DNA from: Reclinomonas americana ATCC 50394
Taxonomy: Eukaryota
Assembly: GCA_048213135.1 (NCBI GenBank)
Contig: PS015536.1
Coordinates: forward strand, 8,294-54,526
Direction: 5' to 3'
DNA length: 46,233 bases
Each line of letters starts with the position of its first letter. Position 1 is the first letter of the stretch. Below the pieces are notes generated by a model that was not told the origin of the DNA, ran no database searches, and saw nothing but the letters and a program-made list of their open reading frames with translations. This document shows, in pieces, positions 23,252 to 36,358 of this stretch. The position numbers and the translations under genes are program-made.

Positions 23252-26221
23252 ATGGGGCTTCCGGAGGAGATCACCAAGGTACTCAACGACCCCACCGGCG
23301 AGGCACTGAACGAGCGCGTCGAGTCGGTGTTTCGCGATGCCGACGTCGACCAGAGCGGCACGATTGATTACTCGGAGTTCAAGAAGGTGAGGAGGGGGAC
23401 GATGAGCAGATGCATGTGCCTCTCCCTTTCGCCAATGTGCATGCATGTGCGTGTGTGCGTGTGTGTTCGTGTCTTTGCGCCATGTGCACATTCACATCAC
23501 CAACCTGCACACACACTCACACTTTCACGCACGCAGCTGTATCGTGGCCTGCACTCCACACTGGAGCTTCCACGGCACTCGGTGTTGAGTGAGAAGCAGC
23601 TCAAGTCCAGTTGCGTGTGCTCTCACTCGTCTCTCTCACTCCACATTGAGACTGACGATTATTGCGCGCAGAGTTTGAGCAGCTGGATGCCGACAAGAGC
23701 GGGAGCATTGATGTGAATGAGTTCAGGTGAGAGAGAAGAGAGCGAGAGGAGGGGCAGAGATGATTCCGTGACTGACTGGTTGTTGTTGTCGCTTGTTTGC
23801 TGCTCTCCAGGCCATTGGTGAAGGAGGTGCGTGCACTGGGCTTGTGTTGCCTGCTTCCCGGCCAGTCACACTGACTCTTGTTGCAGTTCCTGGTGGACAT
23901 GCGTGACAAGTTCCAGCAGGTGGAGCACGAGATGAGTGACATGCAGGAGTGGTTTGCCGACAAGACAACGACTGTTGCGTGTCCGTCTTGTTGCGTCGCG
24001 TGTCTCCGGAGGCCTCACGACGATTGGTGTGTAGCAGCAAAGGAGGCAGACGAGATCGGCGGCCAAGTCGACCGACGAGCCGTCGTTGCCTCCGTCGCGG
24101 TTACCGGTGCGTCGCACTCGTCAGCAGGCCGAGGCGGTGTCAGCGTCGCAAACGTCGGAGGCCAGCGAGGATGCGTCCACCCCGCCGACTCGACAGACTC
24201 GGCGCAAATCAGCGGCGGCGGCGGCGGTGGAGGAACCGGCAGCGCCGGCGCGCAGCACGCGACGCAAGTCAGCAGCAGCTTCCTTGTCGACTGCCAGTCA
24301 GGAGGCGGAGGAGGAGGAGGAGGACGACGAGAAGCCGCAGTCGACCAGAAGCACTCGGCGCAAGTCGGTGGTCATTGTGTCGTCGTCGCAGGAGTCGGCG
24401 GCAGAAGATGCACCGACGAGCAGCAAGCGCGCTCGCGCTCGCCGTGCCTCGCAGGTGGCAGAGAACGCCGATGACGACGAGGGATCGGCGGCCGGCCTGT
24501 CATCGCAGGAGCCTGAGCCGGTGCCCGAGTCCACCAGCAAGCGCAGTCGCGGACGTCGCGTATCTGTGGTCCCCGACGACGAATCCGTGGCGGCCTCCTC
24601 GTCGCAGGAGCAGGAGGCTTCCGGCAAGCGGGGCAGTCGGGCGCGACGATCATCGGTGGCGGCAGCGGCCGTGTCGGAGGAAGCAACGCCAGCTGCGTCG
24701 TCACAGGAGGCGGAACCAAGCAGTGGCAAGAAGGCACGCGGCCGACGTGCTTCGGTGATTGCGGAGACGAATGACGCAGACATGGCACCGTCGTCGTCAC
24801 AAGAGCAGGAGGAGGAGAAGAAGAAGGAGGCGGAGAAGAGCAGTCAAACTGCCCGTGGCCGTCGTGCGTCAGTCTCGGAGACGGGAGAGAAGCACACGTC
24901 TGCGAAACACAGCCCGTCAATCACACCAGCACTGCCGCCACCCGCTAGGATGGAGGTGGACGACGATCACGAGGAAGAGGAGGAGGAGGAGGAGGTAGTC
25001 GTGAGTCAAAAGAGTAGCAAGGCCCTGCGACGGGTGTCGGCACCACCACTCAGGTCGAATGCTCCATCAACACCAGCGGCGGCGGCGGAGAAGGAGAGCA
25101 GTGCACGTTCGCGACGCAAGTCGATGGCGGCACCGACCGTGGCAGCGGAGCAGGCTGTGACACCGGCTCGTAAGAGCCGTGTGGCTGTCGACGACGATGT
25201 GGTGGTGTTCAGGAAGGCGCGATCGTCGGTGGCGGCGTCTGTACGAGAAGAGATGGAGGAGGACGATGAAGACGCGGAGACGGCGACTGATGTGGCGGAG
25301 ACTGATGACAGCGACTCGGATGATGATGATGAGGAGGAGGAGGAAGAGGAGGAGAAGGGCGAGCAGTCGAATGACGTGCAGATTATTCGTGTTGCGCCTC
25401 GTGACCCGTCTGCCACTCGACCGCTGGTGCTGCCGACCGACGGCGTGCTGCCACCTGCTCTGTTTGCACGGCTGTCGCTGCGGAGGCAGACTCTGGCTCG
25501 TGAGACGGCGCTGATTCCCCCGACAACTGCCGACGGTGCCAGTGCGACGTTCACCAGCACCGTGACGCACTCGGCCACGCTGACGGGCAGCATCGATACC
25601 GACGCGGTGATGAAGAAGAGCGTGTTTGAGCCGGACGCGTTGCGGAAGCAGCAGGAACGCGCTGCTCGTGCCGAGAAGGAGAAGAGCCAGAAGACCAAGC
25701 ACTTTCCCGGTCGACTGGTTCCCAAGGCCAACGAGCAACCCAAGGCGGTACGTTCACACTACAACATCATCGGCACAGCTCTTTCCATTCACTGCAGTCT
25801 GCTAAACTCATTTCCATGCACACTCACACACATGCAGGAGCGCAAAGCGCGCTGGGAAGACTTCGAGCCGCACCCGATGACACCCGAGCTGCAGCGTGAT
25901 CTGCGGCTCATCGCCATGCGCCAGTTCCTCTCCCCGGATCGCTTCTACAAAAAGACCGAGTGGAAGGTCCGCAAGTTGCCGAAGCGGGTGCAGCTGGGCG
26001 AGATTGTGGCCACGCCGCGGAATGTGCTGGGCGAAGGCGGCGGCGAGCGGCGGCGCGGACGCAAGCGCACCATTCTGGAGGAGCTCGTCGGCGACGACTC
26101 CACCCGCCGCTACACCAAGCGTCGCTACGTGGAGATACAGCGCGAGCGCAGTGCCATTGGCACCAAGCGCGCCTCCCGTCGACCAGCCTCACGGAAACTG
26201 AGCAAGGGGGGCAAGAAATGA
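23252..26221 (+). CDS. FCF2: EF-hand pair + long Ser/Glu/Arg low-complexity region + C-terminal Fcf2 (DNTTIP2/Fcf2) pre-rRNA processing domain
   Basis: EF loops DVDQSGTIDYSE and DADKSGSIDVNE. The intron starting at 23974 joins in frame to the 24086-26221 ORF. Fcf2 motif MTPELQRDLRLIAMRQFLSPDRFYKK...PKRVQLG...KRTILEELVGD...YTKRRYVEIQ. Confidence 0.78.
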
Positions 26222-27085
26222 AATGCATCACAATCCTCCGCCTTGACTGCCACCGACTTGAAACAGTTGTAGCCGTTCGCGCGGGACCACCCCACTGTTC
26301 CGGCGGCTGCGCTGCTGCTGCTGTCCATCGTCACGTGATGACGTGTCCTCCCGCCCGCCAGTCCTCAAATCGTCCACGCTCAATGGCGGCGGAGGCAGTG
26401 GTGACAATGGAGTGGACGAGTGAGGAGGAGAAGACGGAGAGCAGGCGCTGACGTCGACGCAAGCGAATGCGCTCGGCTTCTTGCAGCAGAGGGTCTACCG
26501 TGACTGGCGTACGCGACGAGCGAAAAGACGCCACATGTGCGTCGAGACTGCTGTGCTCTCCTCCGTTCATGAGGATGATGAGGAAGGGGGGAAGAGCGGG
26601 ACGCACGCAGACGGACTGACGTTGAGCGTCTCGTTGTCGGCATTGCTTCCCACGTGGCTCCTTGCATGAGAGTGCAGCAGTGTTCAGCGCGCGTGTGTGT
26701 GCGCAGTCTGAGGCGACTTTTTTGCTGAGAAGAATAGCCACTGCGTACTTGCGTGATGCAACGCTCGCCTGCTCCACTCTTGTAGGGATTGACGTGTTGC
26801 GACACGCTGTGACTTCACATCGATGTCGCCTGACAGTTGACTTTTGTTGATATCGGTCTGCAAGTGCGAAGTGTGCTGCTCCAGTCGCTGCAGTCACTGC
26901 TGGTGGTGAGTGATGGTGCCTATTTCAAGTGCAGGCGCTGGTGGGTAGAAGGTCGACATCGATCAGACAGCATTTCCGACAAATGACAGGACTGTTTGTT
27001 CCGTCGATTATACCACTTTTTCGAACTCGACTTACGAGCAGAGACAACCCCCGCCCCACTTTTGGTTTTACACTACACTACTTCC

Positions 27086-30000
27086 ATGACAGACTTTCGC
27101 GAGAAGCTTTTTGAGGAGTTCCTCAACCGGCACATGGCGCCGGAGCTGCGGTGAGGTCCCAATTGAAGTCAACAGTGTGTCGACAAAAGTGACTCATTTG
27201 GTTTGATCTTCGTACAGCGACGTGATTCACGGCGGCGCACTGGACCATCTCATGCACGAGGTGTTTGAGGACCTGCAGCACCGCACTATCTGGGTCGAGC
27301 ACGATGAGAGCATGCTTGTGCGACATTTCATGACACCCAAGGTTAACGTTTGTCGAAAAAACAAATAATGCATGCACACTTTGGGCGAGTGCAAACCCCT
27401 TTCTTTTTCCTTTTTTCGTTGTACACAGATTGACAACGCTCGTGAGACGGCACTCTTCCGCTCCTCGGGACTGGCCGAGTATCTGCAAGCGGAGCCCGGC
27501 CACACGCGCAAGGCGCCTGAGCGATCATTCCTCACTTTGATTAAGGACTTTAACAAGCATCGAGTGGAGCGCATCCTCACAGCCATGCTGGACAACGAGG
27601 AGTTGCATGCCACATGCTGCACCTTTCTCTGTGTCTCCTCACGCACTCACGAGTTCTCCTTGCCGCGCGCGCATGCAGGATTGTCAACTGGGACTACTCG
27701 TTCGGCCCGTATGCCGGTTTGTTCGTCGCCAATTTGTTTTTTGCTGTCGTTCTCCAACTCACGACTGCCTTGCTCCTCTGCAGGTGCATTTACCGATGAG
27801 ATGAACAGTCGCCTGCGAGACCTTCGTGACGCGGAGGAGATGCAGGCGTACATTGGGCAGAACCCGACCACCGCCATTGACATGTTCCGTGACGCGTGGG
27901 ATCGCCTGCGCTTGCAGGAGACGGACGAGTTGCGTAATGCAACGACACGATTAGCAGCAGCTACAGTGCTCACCCTTCTCGCCTCACAGCATGCGTTTCG
28001 ACGAGGCGCACGCTCGCGCGTCGTGGACTCGCAAGTACCGGACCACGTGCTGCGTGGAGCGACTGCCCTCCGAGTACTCGTCCATGGTGCGCTTCTTCTC
28101 GTTCTCTTGGTTTCCACCCCTCTGATCATGAACTAATTCGGCGAGGTGACGACACAGCGCCTGGTCGGAGCTCTGCGTGCTGCCGTCGCGCCGCGTTTGG
28201 TGCCAGTGGAGCGAGTGGTGGTGACGACGGGTGCACGTACGCAGCAGACTAACGTGCAGCCGCGCGTTTTCATGACTGTCCGTCCCGTTGACGACGACGA
28301 GGACAGCGTGGATCGCGCCGAGGAGGAGCTGTGCGAGCTTGCGCATGAGATCTCCACCTCGTGGACGATTTTCGAGGGCCAGCAGCGGTACGTCTTCCTC
28401 TGAATTCTGCTTTCACACTGTACCCTCGTTCTTCTCATCGTTCTCCACGCGCAGGCTGCTGAAGGTCACCATGAACCTGCCCGACATGTTCACGTGGGTG
28501 GGTGAGTACATGCAAGAGGTCCGTCGTGCACTGGCCGCACAGCAGCCACGTGCGCGTGCACGAACGGCGGCTCGAACGGTGGTCGCCGGCAGCAGTGGCC
28601 AGGGAGGTGCATCCGCCTCGGCCCCTGCAGCCACCATGCCGGCCAGTTCCGCGCCTTCCGATCGCACCGCTCGCGTTCCAGCCGTCGCAGCTGCGGTGCT
28701 GCCGGTGTCGCTGGACGACCACAGCCCGATGGTGTTCACCTTTGGACCGGCCCAGGAGCACGAGTCGAGTGGCTCGCTGTCGCTTTCGGACGCGGTCTCA
28801 GACGATGCGCAGCCGTCGGCCGCTGATCACGATCGTGCTCTCACAGACACGCTGTCGCCGATCGTGAAGCAGCTGCTCGACGCCAACATGGCGAAGCTGC
28901 AGAGGGCGCCGAAGACCGTATTGTGCGGTGGGCGTCTGGAGGTGTGCGGCACTGGCCACAAGAAGAAGGACCGCGAGTTTGTCCTTGGCCAGGGCAGCTA
29001 CGGCTCGGTGTACTTGGGCTACTGGCAGCCGGGTCTGCGCGTGGAGACCAAGGTGCCGGTGGCCGTGAAGCTCATCTCGAAGGACTGCGGCATGTCCCTT
29101 AAGCACGTCGATGAGGAGATCCGGCAGAGCCAGGCGGTGCCGCGTGGCCGCTCGGTGGAGATCTACGCCTCATTCGGCGCCGACGACGAGCAGTTGGTGG
29201 AGCTGTGGGACGACTGCCACGTGATTGTGCAGAAGCTGTGCGCCATCAACTTGGACACGCTGATCACCGAGCACACGGCGAAGATTGGTCTCACGGCGCG
29301 CCGAGCTCTCATGGCCGAGGTCTTGGACGCCGTCACCGCCCTCCATTCCCTGGAGCCGGCGGTTGCCCACCGTGACATCAAGCCCAACGTTGCGTGACAG
29401 CACGATGTGACTCGCTTTTCTCTGTTCGACCTGACTGACGGTGGTGTGTAACTCGTTTCGATGTGCAGAACATCCTGGTCGACCTGCAGCTGAACATGTA
29501 CGTGCACGACAATGAGCTGCTGAGCACATCGCTTCACTTATACTCATCCTCTTGTTTTTCACGCTGCAGCAAGCTGTGTGATTTTGGCATGGCACGAACG
29601 GTGGCCGGGCACGATCGCTCCACGATGCACACCATGTGGCAAGCTGGCCAGTCGGTGTTCCAGGCGCCCGAGGACATCGAGGGCGATCATCGTCGAGCCA
29701 CGTGGTCGGTGCAGAAGGAGTCGGATGTGTTCAGCCTCGGCGCCGTCCTCTTCTTCATCTGGACCGGCGGTCTGCATCCGCTGGCGTGGACAGAGGAGCG
29801 CGATGGCACACTGCAGTGCGTACCAATTTTTCCGTTCGCAGACGCAGAACCTCTCCCCGTTCCTCACTTCACTCTCTCTCTCTCGCGCACACACAGGGGT
29901 CAGCCACCGAGTTTCCTCGCCGATCGAGCACAGTTTACGCGCCGCATGTACGCCTTCCAGAACGACTCGGACACATTGCGCGTCGCTCACCGGTATTGGG

Positions 30001-31832
30001 AGAATGCGCTGAACAACGTGCCACTGTTCATGCTGCTGCGAGAGATGCTGCGACCCAAGCCGGTCGATCGGTGACTACTACCTCACACCCGCCTCGTCTC
30101 GCGCCACTTCTCGCTGATTTTTTGCCACGCAGCCTCACCACGACGCAGATCAAGCAGCACCCGTTCTTCTTGGACGCCTCCGGCCGACGCATGATGATTC
30201 AGCGCCTCGAGGAGAGCGGCAAGACGTTTGACAGCAAGGGTTTGTCGTGGCTTTCGACTCCATCGTGAGCGTTCTTCTTCTTCTTCTCTTTTTTCCGCTC
30301 ACCCGTTGTGTATGCAGCACGACGCATGCTGGAGGGGCTGCAGCCGAGCATTTCGGTGGGACGCATCGATCCGCAGCACTGGCGAGACACCCTGTGCAGC
30401 GCACTGCGAGTGCACGATTCCGATCGTTCCCGAGTGCTGACATCGTTGCGGTGCGACACCATGACGGCGAACGCGTGGGGCATGGTAAGTGGGGCAAGCG
30501 TGCACAGCGATCCCGCGCACAGCGGCACTCACGAATTCGAGTTGTGCAGGTCAAGTTCATGCGCAACGTCATGACACACGCCAGTGATCCCGACTTTTCG
30601 CACGACTTGCTGGATCGCTTCTGCCACTTTGTCATGCCGAGTGGCGAGGTGCGGCACGTGGCCGATGTGGAGCAGTTCTTCCACGAGCACCCGCTGTTTT
30701 CGTGGATCCTGCCGGAGGTGTGGAGCACCACGCAGGTGGATCACATTCGAAGTGTGCGCAACATGCTGGAGAACATTCCCAACTTTGACGCCATCTTCCG
30801 CGGCGACGCCGAGTCGGTGATGCGAGCCGTGGAGCAATTCCTGGCCAAGTCCATGAAGCGCACTGTGGACGGTCGCAGCACGCCAGAGTTGGAGGTGCCC
30901 GAGGTAAGGAACTCACACGTCTCGCGTTGTACGGGATCCCGAAGCTCACCTTGTTCGAAATGAATGCAGTTGAGTCCGCAGTCTCGGCCTCGCGATCGCA
31001 CACCGCCGGCGTCCCCACCACTGCCTCCCTCACGACCGCCGGCTTCAGCGCCAGCCACACTGCCGCTGCCTGCCTCGGTGCAACCGCTGACCCCAGCCGC
31101 TGTCACTGCTGCTGCCAGCGCTTCGACTGCCTCACCGACAAGCGGTTCCTCGCGACGCCGCAATCGCCAGAATCGGCAGGCTGCCGCTGCGGCTGCCGCC
31201 GCTGCTTCAGCTGCTGACTCCACCGCTGACGCTGGCTCCGCTTCCTCTTCCGGCTCACGATCGCCCACGCGCACTCCTCAAGCAGGTGCTCGAGCTCCGC
31301 CCGAGTACCGAGCTGTGGCTGCGGTGAGTGCATTCTGCGCGGCAGTGGTGAGTAGTGTTTCTGACCACAACTCACACCTGTCGGTGCAGGCGAGTGCCGA
31401 GTGGAAGGCCGCACCCGCTCCGTCGCGCTCCTCATCCGTCAAGCTGCCGCCGGACTTTGCTGGTGCGTATGTAGCGCGATGAATGTCGGTCTTGAGACAC
31501 GCGCCTTCTCACTTCTTGATCGGCGCACAGAGCTCCCTGCACGCAACGAGCTCCACGCTTCGTTCACTAAGGACAACGGCGGCCCGTATCCTGGCCGTGT
31601 TCTCAACTGCAACGCCAAGCTGGGCACCGCCCACATTGAGTGGGAGGGTCAGGGCAGCAGCAAGCCGCTGGTGTATATGTACAAGACCTCGTTGCAGGAG
31701 CCGGCGCGTTTTGCCGACATGATCAAGCCCGGTGCGCGTGTGACCATGTGGATCAAGAACAACCCGAAGATGATGCCGGGCAAGCCGATCCAGCCGTACG
31801 CCTACGCTGTCATTCTGCGCACGCAGCAGTAG
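27086..31832 (+). CDS. Soluble IRE1/RNase L-like protein: unknown N-domain, putative RRM, Ser/Thr kinase, KEN ribonuclease, putative cold-shock (OB) domain; about 17 exons
   Basis: Kinase LGQGSYGSVY, VAVK, HRDIKPNNIL, DFGMAR, APE, SDVFSLG, IRE1-type TGGLHP, HPFF. KEN motif VKFMRNVMTH (30550-30579). No signal peptide or TM helix. TAG at 31830-31832. Confidence 0.8.
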
Positions 31833-31911
31833 AACCCAGTACGTAGAGAGCACAGGATGTTCGGTTTCCAATGTAGACTCCATTGTAGACCAATCTCTTC
31901 CACCGCTACGC

Positions 31912-33775
31912 ATGCGGAGGCCGCGCTCGTCGCCTCTCGCGACTGTGCTCCTCCTCTTCCTCTGCTTCTGTTTCCTCCTTTCACCCTCGCCCTCCAGTGC
32001 CGACGCACTTGGTGACACTCGCGACTGCGATGCATCGTTTCCGTGGTCGCTCTTCACGCGCGCCAGCTGGCACCTGCTGCGTGGCGAGTCTCTGTCGTCG
32101 TCCGCCTCTCACCGCCCACCACACCATGGTGCAATGGCGCGCATCTCTGCTCCCTTTCGATTCCGTCGCCAGTGCCTCGCTGCATTCGAGTCGTGGTTGT
32201 CGCTCTCGGAGGTGTACATGACGCTGCAGTCGCCACGCAGCGGGCCCACACAGGTGCTGCATGCCGATGCCCCACTGGCAGCCGCACCACCTGGCGTCAT
32301 TCGACGACACCCTGCATTCGATCGGGTAAGGAGGCGCTTGATCAACAGAGACAAGTGATCGACTCACTCACTCGCACACCGCTGCGCACACAGGTGTCGG
32401 TGCTGTACGACGCCCCAGTGCGATTACCGACGAGTGCACGCGGCAGCACTGTCGGTCCACCAATGCTCATGCGATCGCCGACGCTCATGGAGCACCAGCT
32501 CACCGACCCGTACCCATCGTACTCGATCGTGGTGGAGAATGCGGTGTGTGTTCTTGCCCTCTTCCTCTGCACGAACTGCGCGTGACCGTGACGTGCCATG
32601 TGCAGCTCGTGACCCCCGACGATGTGGTGTTCACCAAGGAGCACGTGTTACTGGCGCGTTCGTGTCTGCCGCGCGTGCTCGAGGCGCCCCGCACGTGGGA
32701 GGCCACTGATGAGGTGCTGTTGGCCGACGCCGTGCTGCCGCTGCTGCAAATTTTCTCCGACGCACTGTTCCACATCATCATCGAGTCCCTCACGCGCCTC
32801 ATGCAAGTGTGGGACGAGGTGTACCCGGATCGCTGCATTGTGGTGCTCACACGACGGAGCACGTACGGGTCGCAGCTGACGCTGGATCTGTTTGAGGCTG
32901 TCGGCATTTATGGGGATCGAGTTGCGCTTGTGTGGTGCGGGCTTTTTTGCACTTGGAGTCCCCCTTCCCTAATTGCCCACAGATCGTTCTCGATCCGCCG
33001 CCGGTCATGGCACGCAAAGTGTACTTTGTGGCGGGTACCTACTGCACACAGTCGCAGCCGTCGCTGTTGCACGAGATTGCTCGTGTTTTCAACGTGCTGC
33101 ACGGCGACATGGTGCGCGAGGTCATGCGTGAATACTGGAACTGTTGCGTCCAACCGTGCTGGTGCTGGTCAGCATGTGTACTCGCTGCTGAATCGCACAC
33201 GTGCAGCACGGCGTTCTGTGCAACTGCGGACGCCGACGCCGAGTGGGCGGCCCCTGCGGCGTGTGGTGGTGATTGAGCGCAAGGGCGAGCGTGAGTTGGT
33301 GCAACACGACGAGGCGAGTGCTGTGCTTCTTTTCTCCATGCCTCCATCCTCCGTTGTGGCAAAGCTCACGTGGTGGCATATGTAGATTATCGCCATGATG
33401 CAACGCGATTTCCCGCACTTTGAGGTGGTGTTGTTGTCGCGCAACGCCACCGCCATGCAGGGAATCGTCGAGGTGGCCATGGCCGACATTCTGTTTGGCG
33501 CACACGGTGCGGGGTTCTCCTATCGCGCCTTTATCCGTGGTCGTCCGTGCGCCCACATCGAAGTCATGTACCACGCCGGCTTCGCGTGGGGCATGACGTG
33601 GAATCCCGGTCTGGTGTTGATGGCCGCCGCGCAGGGCTGCAAGACGTTTGTGCACTTTGACGAAAAGGGCACGCAGATCAGCGCGTTGGATGCACCAGTA
33701 GCCGATATCCGCTGGCTTCTGCAGCAGGCCGACGACTGGTTGGCCACGCAGGATGTGCGCAGGCCTTTCTCGTAG
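31912..33775 (+). CDS. Glycosyltransferase family 61 (DUF563)-like protein, paralog 1
   Basis: Signal/anchor segment, FHIIIESLTRL, VVIERKGERELVQ, ADILFGAHGAG...IEV. Confidence 0.8.
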
Positions 33776-33961
33776 ACTAGAAGGAGACTGAGAGCGACGA
33801 TTGCTGTCGATTTCCTCCTTCTCAGCCTGCTGTTGTTTGCGGCTACATGCGCAGAGATGGCCAGTGTCAGATCCCGGGCAGGCGACTGTGTTATTGAGTC
33901 GCCAAGTGAAAACAAAGGCCAGCACTTGACTGACGCGCAATTTCGTTTTCTTTTTCCGACG

Positions 33962-36325
33962 ATGCACACGAGGAGAGCGCTTCTTGTCGCCCTTCTCGCC
34001 GCGGTGGTGTGTGTGACCTCGTTTGTTACTCGATCTGCCCATCTCTCACTCTGCTGTGCTGCGTCAGGTGGTGTGCACATGCATGCTGGCATCTTCCGCC
34101 TCGATCGTCGGTGAGTCTGCGTGTGTGCATTCTGCGTGCGCACACACGCACACGCTCATCATCGTCTGTCTACAGATCAGAGCAGTGGAGACGCTGCTCT
34201 CGGCGTCTCTGCATCGCATCTCGACATCACTGCGGTGCGTTGTCTCTCGTCGGAGAGGAACTGCATGCATGTGAGACTCACGCAAACTCTGTTGCAGGTC
34301 CACGCATCGACGTCGCCTGAGGTGTTGCTGCAACACACCATCTGCCTCTTGCTGGATACAGTTTATCTCTCACACACCTCTCTTGCGCAGCACGAGGCCT
34401 GCCGACGCAACTTCCCGTGGTCACTCTTCTCGCCCGCCAGCTGGATCATGATGCGAGGCAGCAAGGCAGTCGACGACTCCTCGGGCCAGCCGCGACCACT
34501 GCACGTCGGTGCGTCGGCGCTGGTGATCCCGCCGTTCCAGATCCGCGCGGAATGTGCGGCCGCCTTCGAGTCGTGGCTGGCGCTGTCGCCCACGCTGCTG
34601 ACGTTGGCTCGGGAGCCGCCACTGAAGCTGCGAGCCGAAGAGCCCTTTGCTGTCATGTCGACGGCCAACAATCCGCGCTACGTGGTGCGTCGACACCCGC
34701 AGTTCGACATGGTAAGCACCCGATCTCTTCGCGTCTTTTCCTCTTTTTGCGTCGCCTGAGTGCCTGTGCATGATCAGCATCCTGTGCAACACGAACTGCC
34801 GGTGCGCCTGCCGCACTTGCAGCAGCAGGATATTGGTCCGCCCATGATCATGCGCCCGGGCAACCTGATGGAGCACCGACGGTCGCTGTACGTGCCGTGG
34901 GGCTCGATGGTGGTGGAGAATGCTGTTGCGTGAAATGTGCATGTTGGATCATCACTGCGCCCCTGCTGCTCACTTGTGCGCCTCGAGCGCAGCTCATCTC
35001 CCCACACGACGTTGTCTTCACCGACGATGCTGCCATGGAGGCGCGCTCGTGTCGCACCGCGGACGCCAACCCGCAGCCAATGCCGATCGAGTGGTCGGTG
35101 AACCAGGCCGCGCTGCTGTTGGACGCGGCGCTGCCGCTCATGCAGCTCTTCTCCCATCGCCTCTATCACATCATTGTCGAGTCGCTGCCGAGACTCATTG
35201 CGGTGCGTGGCGCGAAAAATACAAGTTGGGAGCGAGATGAGAGACTGCTCACCTCGCCTCGCACGCGTGCATGCAGGTGTGGGACGAGGTGTATGCCGAT
35301 CGCAGCATCTTCATCTTGGCCAGTGCCGTCGAGCACGGCGACCAGGTGGTGGTCGACACGTTTGCCGCGGTCGGCATTCCACGCGAGCGAGTTGCGTGCC
35401 GTGTGATTTACGTAGCTGCACGCGCTGCTGTCACTTCGGTCGCTGGTCTCACGATGGCGCAGTTGATACTGAGTCCGCCACCGGTCATGGCGCGCAAGGT
35501 GTACCTGGTGTCTGGTGTGTTTTGCACGCATCCGCATGCGACCGTGATACAAGGCATTCGTCGCGTGTTTGAGACCCTGCATGGTGACATGGTGCGAGCG
35601 GCTCTGCGGCAGTTGTGGGAACGTTGCGTGGGCAGCCGCGCTTTCTCTCAGTCTGTCACGCCCACACCTGCGCAGCGAATCGCCGACTGTGGGTTCGTGA
35701 CGGGCCGCTGACGCGTCGTCGCGCCGTGCGCCGCATGGCCGTGTTCCAGCGCACGAAAACTCGTGCCCTGGTCGAGCACAACGAGGTGCGCATGACCGCA
35801 TGCAGTCGATCGCTGTGTTTCGTTGCTGACGACGGCGGGCGCGCAGATTATGCAGATGCTGCAGACCGAATTCCCCCACTTCGAGGTGCAAGTGATCCCC
35901 GACAACGCCACTGTCGCGCAGGGCATTCTGGCGGTGGCCAACGCTCATGTTTTGTTCGGGCCGCACGGTGCCGGCTTTGCGTTTGCGGCGTTTGGCATTG
36001 GCCGGCCGTGCGCTCACGTGGAGGTCACGTACGGTGGCAACGACAGAGGCATGTCGTGGAATCCGTGCCAGTTGGACGTGACGGCAGCGCATGTTGCGTG
36101 GAGAGGAGAAAGAAGAGGTGGGAACGCGAGTGTCACTGCTCACCGCCACAGCAGGGATGCAAACAATTCTTCCTCTTTGACGAGTTCTCCAGCCAAATGC
36201 ACCCGACAATATCGGCGCCGGTGAACGACGTGCGGTGGATTATGCAGCAGGTGGACGAGTGGCTCGAGTCGCAAATGCCCCTAACAGTACCCGACGACGA
36301 CGACGGAGACGGAGTATTTGGTTGA
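33962..36325 (+). CDS. GT61-like protein, paralog 2
   Basis: Signal peptide over small 5' exons, FPWSLF, YHIIVESLPRL, VLFGPHGAG...VEV. Shares intron positions with paralogs 1 and 3. Confidence 0.78.
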
Positions 36326-36358
36326 GTGAAATCGTCCTGCTACTTGAACGCGACACGA

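Noticed and set aside
24298-25743. Long antisense ORFs opposite the Fcf2 gene, and similar shadow ORFs throughout
   Set aside because: Expected in GC-rich, low-complexity coding DNA; no recognisable motifs
26331-26897. Minus-strand ORF between Fcf2 and the kinase-KEN gene
   Set aside because: No recognisable domain or consistent splice model, so it cannot be supported or excluded without RNA data.
27086-31832. Calling the kinase-KEN gene canonical IRE1 or RNase L
   Set aside because: It lacks the signal peptide, lumenal domain and TM helix of IRE1, and lacks the ankyrin repeats and pseudokinase state of RNase L.
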